Shown here piece by piece: positions 39,554-48,800 of a stretch of 64,000 nt of DNA. The stretch is from contig CAXXET010000003.1 of assembly GCA_963666115.2 (NCBI GenBank), forward strand, positions 32,497-96,496, given 5' to 3'. The stretch's first letter is position 1. Each line of letters starts with the position of its first letter. Both the position numbers and the translations under genes were made by a program. The notes under the pieces are model-generated. The model was not told where the DNA came from. It searched no databases and saw only the letters and a list, made by a program, of their open reading frames with translations. Source of the DNA: Dehalococcoidia bacterium (lineage in GTDB: Bacteria > Chloroflexota > Dehalococcoidia > UBA6926).

Positions 39554-40314
39554 CGGCGCGCGACCAACAGCCCTACGGCGGCTCATTCGTGCTTCAGACG
39601 CTCGATATCGAAAAACACTTTGGAGGCGTCTATGCGGTCGACCGGCTTTCCATCAACATCCCGCGCGGGCTGATCACGTGCGTTATCGGGCCCAACGGTT
39701 CCGGCAAATCCACCCTGGTGAACATCCTCAGCGGAACGCTGCCCCTGGACGGCGGGATGGTCATTGTGGGCCCGCGGCGCCTCCGCATGATCCGGCCGTA
39801 TGACTCTCCCGCCATTGGACTGACCCGGACGTTCCAGGACGTGCGGCTCTTTGAGCAGATGAGCGTGCTGGACAACCTCTACGTGGTGATGACGGAGAGG
39901 TCTCCCCTGTTGTCTCTCTTTCAACGCGCCCGCAAGGAGCACCGGGAGCGGGCGGAGAGAATCCTCCACGTCGTGGGGCTATGGGAGAAGAGGAATGACC
40001 TGGCGGAAGAACTGTCATACGGTCAGCGAAAGCTCCTGGAGGTTGGCCGCCTCATGGCAATGAACACGCAGATCTACCTGTTTGACGAGCCGTTCGCCGG
40101 GCTTGCGCTTCACATGATCGAAGTCGTCAAGAACGTCATGCGGGAACTGCGGGACAACGGCAGGACGATTGTCTTCGTCTCCCACAATATGGGCATCGTC
40201 CGCGAGCTCTCCGACCACCTCATCGTCATGGACAGCGGGCGACTTTTGGCTGGCGGACAGCCCGACCGTGTGCTGAATGATCCGGCAGTCATTGAAGCGT
40301 ATTTGGGCAACTGA
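39550..40314 (+). CDS. livG: Branched-chain amino acid ABC ATPase
   Basis: GPNGSGKST, RTFQ, LSYGQRK, FDEP, VIEAYLG. Confidence 0.9.
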   Translation: MTARDQQPYGGSFVLQTLDIEKHFGGVYAVDRLSINIPRGLITCVIGPNGSGKSTLVNILSGTLPLDGGMVIVGPRRLRMIRPYDSPAIGLTRTFQDVRLFEQMSVLDNLYVVMTERSPLLSLFQRARKEHRERAERILHVVGLWEKRNDLAEELSYGQRKLLEVGRLMAMNTQIYLFDEPFAGLALHMIEVVKNVMRELRDNGRTIVFVSHNMGIVRELSDHLIVMDSGRLLAGGQPDRVLNDPAVIEAYLGN

Positions 40315-40330
40315 GAGCGGCGAGGCGACT

Positions 40331-41122
40331 ATGACAACGCTCGGGGAACACGCCAGCAGCGAACAGGAGCGGATAAACGCTGCTGCGCCGCTGCTCGAAC
40401 TGAGCGATGTCTCCGTGTATTATGGCGCGGTTGTCGCGCTCGACCACGTGTCCGTGCGCGTTTACCCGGGCGAGGTCGTCGCGCTCATGGGCCCCAACGG
40501 AGCAGGCAAATCCACGATCCTCAAGGCGGTGATGGGAATGGCGCCCGTCTCATCCGGTCGCATCGAATGGCGCAACGAGGTTCTCGATTCGCCGACGCAT
40601 GAGATCGTCAAGCGCGGGATTTCGCTTGTGCCGCAGGGACGGCGCGTCTTCACTCACCTGAACGTGCAGGAGAACCTGGAGCTTGGCGGAATGCACGCCG
40701 GCGACCCTGCGGAACGGAACAGGCGGCTCGAGGCAGTGATGGACTTCTTCCCTATCCTGCGCGACAAGCGGCGTGATCCGGCCAGCGCGATGTCCGGCGG
40801 GCAACAGCAAATGCTGGCCCTCGGGCGCGGGTTGATGTCATCGCCTGACATGCTTCTGCTGGACGAGCCGACGCTGGGCCTCGCGCCTATCATCGTGTCC
40901 GAGGTTTTCGACAGGGTGACGGAAATCAGCTCGGCGTTCGGAACGACGATCATCCTCGTGGAGCACAACATCAAGGGCGCGCTGAACATCGTCAACCGCG
41001 CCTACATTTTGGATAAGGCGCGCGTGGCGTTCGAGGGAACGCCGCAGGAAATCCAGGACTCGGACATCCTGACGCAGGTCTTCTTGGGCAGGGCGGCGGA
41101 CGAGGACGACGCAGAGGACTAG
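40331..41122 (+). CDS. livF: Branched-chain amino acid ABC ATPase
   Basis: GPNGAGKST, VPQGRRVF, MSGGQQQML, LLDEPTLGLAP. Confidence 0.9.
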   Translation: MTTLGEHASSEQERINAAAPLLELSDVSVYYGAVVALDHVSVRVYPGEVVALMGPNGAGKSTILKAVMGMAPVSSGRIEWRNEVLDSPTHEIVKRGISLVPQGRRVFTHLNVQENLELGGMHAGDPAERNRRLEAVMDFFPILRDKRRDPASAMSGGQQQMLALGRGLMSSPDMLLLDEPTLGLAPIIVSEVFDRVTEISSAFGTTIILVEHNIKGALNIVNRAYILDKARVAFEGTPQEIQDSDILTQVFLGRAADEDDAED

Positions 41123-41159
41123 AGAAGCGCAGTTTTCCTGCCGCGCTTGCGTCGATTTT

Positions 41160-41933
41160 CTAGCGGTACCGCTCCCACTTGAAGAAGCGCACGGCGAGCA
41201 CGACACCCGCCGCGAGCCACGCGCCCATGACCGCCAGTGCCGTCCATTCAAAGCCGGAGCCGGTGGCGAAGGGATGGAACGATTCATGCATGGCGGTGGC
41301 GAAATGGCTGACGGGGAAGATGTCCGCGAACGTCGTCAACCATGCCGGCGCATCGTCCATCGGGATGAAGACGTCCGAGATGAAGAGCAGCGGCAGAATG
41401 CTCGCGTTCACGATGGCGGGAGCGGCGTCCGCATTCGGAATGAAGTTCGCCACCGCCACTCCCAGCGCGCAGAACGTCGCTGCCCCCACAACGCACGTCA
41501 CGATGAATGCGGCCATTCGCGTGGTCGGCAGATCAACGCCATAGACCAGGACGCCCACCAGCAGCACGACGACGACCAGCAGAATCGCCAACGCCACCGA
41601 GTGGATGACGTACCCGGCAAGGAGCGCGGCACGTGGCAGGGGCGTGCCGCGAATCCGCTTGAGCAGGCCGCCATCGCGGCTGAACGCAATATACATTGCG
41701 ATGTTGTTGTAGCACGCGCCCACCAGCGCGAAGACGACGATGGCGGGCACGTAGAACGTGGACCTGCTGGCCGTTCCACCTTCAAAGTTCATCTCTTCGT
41801 TGCCAAACATGACGTTAAAGATGATGAGGAACATCAACGGGAAAACGATGGTGAAGAAAGCGGACGCAGGATTTCGCCAGAAAGCCGTGTTCTGGTAGCG
41901 CGCCTGGCGGAGCGAGAGCCGTATGAGATTCAT
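41160..41933 (-). CDS. ABC-2 type exporter permease
   Basis: FWRNP..FFTIVFP, RDGGLLKRIRGTP; about 6 TM. Confidence 0.88.
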   Translation of the reverse strand: MNLIRLSLRQARYQNTAFWRNPASAFFTIVFPLMFLIIFNVMFGNEEMNFEGGTASRSTFYVPAIVVFALVGACYNNIAMYIAFSRDGGLLKRIRGTPLPRAALLAGYVIHSVALAILLVVVVLLVGVLVYGVDLPTTRMAAFIVTCVVGAATFCALGVAVANFIPNADAAPAIVNASILPLLFISDVFIPMDDAPAWLTTFADIFPVSHFATAMHESFHPFATGSGFEWTALAVMGAWLAAGVVLAVRFFKWERYR

Positions 41934-42868
41934 TCCGCGCTCCCCGCGCTCTGCCCGTTCTGCTCCGTTACTTCAATGAATATGTCCTCCAGTGACGGGC
42001 GCGTGACGGACAGGTCCTCAAGCTCCCCGCCATTCTCAACCATCCACGCGGTCAAGCGATGCAGCGCCGCGGTCGGCGCCGTGGTTTGGATTTCATACGT
42101 CCCTACCGCGTCGACAGGCCGCGCGTCAATGGTTTCGGGCGGCGGGCCCACGCCCTCCGGCAAGTGGAATCGGATCAGCGTCGCCCCATTCCCCTGGGCG
42201 ATGTCCTGCGGTGACCCCTCAACAACGATGCGGCCCTGCACCATGATGCCCACGCGGTCGGCCAGGTACTCCGCCTCTTCCATGTAGTGGGTGGTGAGCA
42301 GGATGGTCTTTCCAAGCGACTGGAGGCTCTTGACCATGTCCCATGCGCCGCGCCGCGCGGACGGATCGAAGCCCGTCGTCGGCTCATCGAGGAAGAGCAG
42401 CTCCGGGTTTCCGGCGAGGCCGACGGCAACATCGAGCCGCCTCTGCTGCCCGCCTGAGAGCTTCCCGACCCGTGTGCGCGCCTGCTCGACGAGCCCCGTC
42501 GCCTCCAAAATGGTGTCCAGCGGCAGGGAGTCCGGGTAATAGCCGCGAAACAGGTTGACCGTCTCCTCGACGGACAGGTACTGATCGACGCTGGTTGTCT
42601 GGAGGACGATGCCAATCCGCTCCCGGAACCTGGTATCCCCGCGGCCGGGGTCGTAGCCCAGCACGGATACCTGGCCGCCCGTCCGCTCGCGGTGCCCCTC
42701 CAGGATTTCGACGATCGTCGTCTTGCCCGCCCCGTTCGGCCCGAGCAGCGCGTAGACCTCTCCCGTCTCTATCAGCAGGTCAACTCCTCGCACGGCCTCA
42801 AAGTCGCCGTAAGACTTACGGAGGCCTGAGACCTCAATTGCGGGGCCGGAGCCAGTACGTCCAGTCAA
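41930..42868 (-). CDS. ABC exporter ATP-binding protein
   Basis: GPNGAGKTT, LSGGQQRR, LDEPTTG, TTHYMEEAE. Confidence 0.9.
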   Translation of the reverse strand: MTGRTGSGPAIEVSGLRKSYGDFEAVRGVDLLIETGEVYALLGPNGAGKTTIVEILEGHRERTGGQVSVLGYDPGRGDTRFRERIGIVLQTTSVDQYLSVEETVNLFRGYYPDSLPLDTILEATGLVEQARTRVGKLSGGQQRRLDVAVGLAGNPELLFLDEPTTGFDPSARRGAWDMVKSLQSLGKTILLTTHYMEEAEYLADRVGIMVQGRIVVEGSPQDIAQGNGATLIRFHLPEGVGPPPETIDARPVDAVGTYEIQTTAPTAALHRLTAWMVENGGELEDLSVTRPSLEDIFIEVTEQNGQSAGSAE

Positions 42869-42886
42869 TCAACCCTCCACGATCAT

Positions 42887-45800
42887 CTAGCGCTGGCCGA
42901 AAGTGATGCGGTAAAGCAAGAAGCCGGCAAAAAGCGTAACTGTTACATCCAATAGTAGCGCAATCAGCAGACGCGCCGCGTGCCATGCCTTGGAATCGCC
43001 TGAAACGTTTGGAGCGGACTCTGATTGAGGATAGGCGGCAGCGGAATCGTAATGGAATGGAATAGCGCGCTTTACGGCGCTCTCCTTGATTGTTCTCTGC
43101 ATCCCTTGTGCAGCCGCGACTTTCACGAAATCGAGAGGCCCCGATCTGCCAGCATCCTCTCCTTCAATTCCGGAGTCGGTTGTCGATTCGGTCACTAGCG
43201 CCAGGTACTGCCCCGGCGACTTAATCCGCGCTATCAGGGTTGGGGAGCCCTTCGCCGGCTCGCTCACGATTGCATGCGCATGACCCCACTCCTGCCCATC
43301 GCCTCGCCTCATCATCATCGTGACTGAGCCATGCGTTTCCAAGACAACCTCGAGTGCTGCCGGGCGATTGAGGGATTCCAGTGCCAGGGGTTCACCTGCC
43401 ACGTCGAAGAACTCCACGGCAATACATACGCATTCCAACAAGTGGGCTGTCTCATGCAGGCGGACGCACTCAGCATCGTCCCGCGTCAGACGAACCTGGA
43501 ACGGGACTGCGAGTGTGCCCGCAGGGGCAGTCAATCGCGCGCGGTCGGTCTGATCCTGGACCTCTGAACTGCGAAATAGCGATGTCTGCACTGCGCGCGG
43601 CACGGGCACAAATTCCGGCTCAACCTGCCTGAGATTCACAAGCGGTCGCTCAAGGGTCTTGGGCGGGGAATCAGAGTTCTCGGCGCCTCCGCCAAGAGGT
43701 GATGAGTATTCTGAGCTTTCGACGCCCTGCCCCGATGTTGATACCACAACATCGCTCACGGATTCCACGTTGGCTGCGGAAGATTCGCCACTATCGTCGG
43801 GTTCAGGCGCGGGCTGTGGCGCTGTGGCGACGGCAATACGCACTTCAATGTGCGATTCCAACTCGCCGTCCGTCACGGCAACACGGACTGTATAGACGCG
43901 CCGCGCATCTCGTGGCGAGAAACCGGGCGCAACCATGATTTGCCCCGATGTTGAATCGATGGCAAAGGCTCCCGCATCCGATTGGCTGACAATCCTGAAA
44001 TGGACAGTCTCTCCCTCCGGGTCGGTCGCCGAAAGCCCGTCTCCGACAGGGCTGCCGCCAGGAGCGCCGGCGGTTACCGTCCTCCTCAATTGGCTGGCCC
44101 TATGTACCACTGGACTGCCGCACGCGTTCACGATGGGTTCTGCTTCGGCAAAGCCGGGCGGCTCATCGACATTTCCGACCGTCACCGTGAGATCGAGATA
44201 ATCATCGGGGGTAAATTCGCTCTCAGCATTCCCATGGTCATCGCGCCCGTCTGAAACAGACACTCGGAGCGTGAATGGCTTTCGTCCGGCCTCGAAGTCC
44301 AGGAGCGTGCCGGGGCCGAGTGTGACATAGCCGGTGGGCGGATGGATAACGAAAACCGCAGCGTCAGGCCCGCTCAGCGCATACGTCAGCGGATCGCCGT
44401 CCTCATCCGTCCTTTCACGCTCGCCACCGCCGATCCCGCGATAAATGGTGTGCGCGCCCGGACAGGAGTTTTCGGGAATCTGCACAGCGAAAGTCGGTAC
44501 AGCAAAACGCGGCGCATCATTTGCGTCCGTAATAGTCACGGTCACGTCAACTCCTGTGTTCCCTTGCTCCTGTCCTGCGGCAATCTCCACTTCATACGTA
44601 TTGTCGCCGTCCTCATCCAGCGGCTGCTCGAAGTTCGGCGTTTCGACGAACGTCAGAACCCCATCGTCATCGATTGCAAAGCGCGCCGCGTCGGTTCCGG
44701 CGATGCTCCACGTCACGTCATCGCCTTCAGGATCAACAGCAGAATAAGTGGCAACACTGTCGCCGCCGTTCTCCGCAAAGCTAACGGACGCAGGGCCGGT
44801 GACAATAGGCGATTCGTTCACATCCGTGACGGTGATCTCTACATCCAACGTAGACGCGAGGCTGCCATCTGAGGCGCGGACAGTCACTTCGTAGACATTG
44901 TCATCGTTGCCGTCGTTAGGCGATTCATAGTCCGGAGACGACTTGAATGACAACTGCCCCGCCGCGCTGATGGAGAACCGCGCCGCGTCCGTCCCCTCCA
45001 CGCTCCAAGTCACGTCGTCACCATCCGGGTCAGTAGCCGAATACGTCGCGACGGTACCTGTGCCATTCTCCGCATAGCTCATGGATGCTGGACCGGTGAT
45101 CGCGCCGGATTCATTCACGTCCGTAACGGTGACCTCCACATCCAGCGTGGAGGTCAGGTTACCGTCGGACGCGTGGATAGTCACCTCATAAACGTTGTCC
45201 GAATCGCCATCATTCGGAGATTCATGGTCCGGCGAAGACTTGAATGACAGCGCCCCTGTAATGCTAATCGCAAACCACGCCGTGTCCATCCCCATCACAC
45301 TCCACGTCACATCATCCCCATCCGGGTCAGTGGCGGTGTAGGTGCCAACGGTGTCTGTGCTGTTCTCCGCATAGCTCACCGATGCGGAGCCGGTTATGGT
45401 GCTGGATTCATTGATGTCCGTGACGGTGATCTCTACATCCAACTTAGACGCGAGGCTGCCATCTGAGGCGCGGATTGTTACTTCGTAGACATTGTCCGAG
45501 TTAGCATCGTTCGGCGATTCATAGTTGGGGGAGGATTTGAATGACAGGACCCCGGCAGTGCTAATCGAGAACCGCGCCGCATCCGTTCCTCCCACGCTCC
45601 AAGTCACGTCGTCACCCTCAGGATCAGTGACCGTGTACGTCGCAACAGCGCCCGTGCCGTTCTCCGCATAGCTCACGGACGCCGAGCCGGTGATTACGCT
45701 GGATTCATTCACGTCCGTGACGGTAATTTCCACATCCAGCGTGGAGGTCAGACTGCCATCCGATGCGCGAACTGTCACCTCATACACGTTGTCCGAATCA

Positions 45801-48800
45801 CCATCGTCCGGCGATTCATAGTCCGGCGACGACTTGAATGATAGGCCCCCCGTCGTACTAATGGAGAACCGCGCCGCGTCCGTCCCCGCCATGCTCCACG
45901 TCACAGCATCACCCTCAGGATCAGTGGCCGTATACGTCCCCACAGCGCCCGTGCCGTTCTCCGCGTAGGAGACAGACGCGGAGCCGGTGATCGCATCGGA
46001 TTCATTCACGTCCGTAACGGTGACCTCCACATCCAGCGTGGAAGTCAGACTGCCATCCGAGGCACGGGCGGTCACCTCATACACGTTGTCCGAGTTAGCG
46101 TCGTTCGGCGATTCATAGTCCGGCGATGACTTGAATGACAGGCTCCCCGCTGTGCTAATCGAGAACCGCGCCGCATCCGTTCCTCCCACGCTCCAAGTCA
46201 CGCCGTCACCCTCAGGATCAGTGGCCGTATACGTCGCAACAGCGCCCGTACCGTTCTCCGCGTAGGAGACAGACGCGGAACCGGTGATTGAACTGGATTC
46301 ATTTACATCCGTGACGGTGATTTCCACATCCAACTTAGACGTGAGACTGCCATCTGAGGCACGAACCGTCACCTCATACACGTTGTCCGAATCACCATCG
46401 TTCGGCGATTCATAGTCCGGCGATGATTTGAATGACAGGACTCCCGTCGTGCTGATGGAGAACCGAGCCGCGTCCGTTCCCGCGATGCTCCACGTCACGT
46501 CATCCCCATCCGGATCGGTGGCCGTGTAGGTCGCAACAGCACCCGTGCCATTCTCTGCGTAGTTGACAGACGCGGGTCCAGTTATTGAACCGGATTCATT
46601 CAAGTCCGTGACGGTTATATCCACGTCCAGCCTGGACGTTAGGCTGCCATCCGAGGCGCGGAGAGTCACCTCATACACGTTGTCATCATTGCCGTCGTTC
46701 GGCGATTCATAGTCCGGTGACGACTTGAATGACACGGCTCCCGTCGTGCTGATGGAGAACCGCGCCGCGTCCGTTCCCGCCACACTCCACGTCACTTCAT
46801 CACCATCCGGGTCACTGGCAGTGTACGTGGCGACGATACTCGTGCCGTTCTCCGCATAGCTCACCGACGCGGAGCCGGTGATTGAACCGGATTCATTCAC
46901 GTTCGTGACGGTGATCTCCACGTCTAGGGTGGACGTGAGACTGCCATCTGAGGCACGGACGGTCAGCTCGTAGACGTTGTCATCGTCGCCATCGTTCGGC
47001 GATTCATAGTCCGGTGACGATTTGAATGACACGGCTCCCGCCGTGCTGATAGAGAACCGCGCCGCGTCCGTCCCCACCACGCTCCAAGTCACGTCATCGC
47101 CATCCGGATCAGTGACCGTGTATGTGGCTACCACGCCTGTACCATTCTCAACGTAGTTCACAGTGGCGGGGCCTGCGATTGCGCCGGATTCATTCACATC
47201 CGTGACAGTGACCTCCACATCCAGCGTGGACGTGAGGCTGCCGTCCGAGGCGCGGACCGTCACCTCATAAACGTTGTCCGAATCACCATCGTTCGGCGAT
47301 TCATAGTCTGGCGACGACTTGAATGACAATTGCCCTGATGCGCTGATGGAGAACCGAGCCGCGTCCGTTCCCGCGAGACTCCACGTCACGTCGTCACCAT
47401 CAGGGTCTGTGACGGTATACGCCGCTACCACGCTTGTGCCATTCTCCGCATAGCTCACGGACGCCGAGCCGGTGATTACGACGGATTCATTCACATCCGT
47501 GACGGTTATATCCACATCCAGGGTGGAAGTCAGACTGCCATCAGAGGCGCGGACGGTCACCTCATACACGTTGTCCGAATCACCATCGTTCGGCGATTCA
47601 TAGTCCGGCGAGGACTTGAATGACAATTGCCCTGATGCGCTGATGGAGAACCGCACCGCGTCCGTTCCCGCGAGACTCCACGTCACGTCGTCACCATCAG
47701 GGTCTGTGACAGTATACGCCGCTACCACGCTTGTGCCGTTCTCCGCATAGCTCACCGACGCGGAGCCGGTGATTGAACCGGATTCATTTATGTCCGTGAC
47801 AGTGACCTCTACGTCCAGCGCGGAAGTCAGGCTGCCATCTGAGGCGCGGATGGTCAGCTCGTAGACGTTGTCATCGTCGCCATCGTTCGGCGATTCATAG
47901 TCCGGCGATGATTTGAATGACAGGACCCCCGTCGTGCTGATGGAGAACCGCGCCGTGTCCGTTCCAGCCACGCTCCACGTCACCTCGTCACCGTCCGGGT
48001 CAGTGGCCGTATACGTGGCGACGCCGCCCGTGCCGTTCTCCGCGTAGGAGACAGACGCCGAGCCGGTGATTGAACCGGATTCATTCACATCCGTGACTGT
48101 AATCTCTACGTCCAACGTAGACGTGAGGCTGCCATCCGAGGCGCGGACAGTCACCTCATACACGTTGTCATCGTTGCCATCATTCGGAGATTCATAGTCC
48201 GGCGATGATTTGAATGACAGTACCCCCGCTGTGCTAATCGAGAACCGCGCCGCGTCCGTGCCGGTCAAGCTCCACGTCACGTCATCACCATCCGGATCAG
48301 TGGCCTTGTACGTCCCCACAGTGCCCGTGCCATTCTCCGCGTAGGAGACAGACACGGAGCCGGTGATTGAACCGGATTCATTCACGTCCGTAACGGTGAC
48401 CTCCACATCCAGCGTGGAAGTCAGGCTGCCATCCGAGGCGTGGGCAGTCACCTCATAAACGTTGTCCGAATCACTATCGCTCGGCGATTCATAGTCCGGC
48501 GATGACTTGAATGACAGGACGCCCGACGTGCTAATCGAGAACCGCGCCGCGTCCCTCCCCGCCACGCTCCACGTCACATCATCACCCTCCGGATCAGTAG
48601 CCGCATACGTAGCGACAGCGCTTGTGCCATTCTCCCCGTAGGAGACAGACGCGGAGCCGGTGACCGTAGGAGATTCATTCACATCCGTAACGGTGACCTC
48701 CACATCCAGCGTGGACGTTAGGCTGCCATCCGAGGCGCGGACAGTCACCTCATACACGTTGTCATCGTTGCCGTCGTTCGGCGATTCATAGTCCGGCGAT

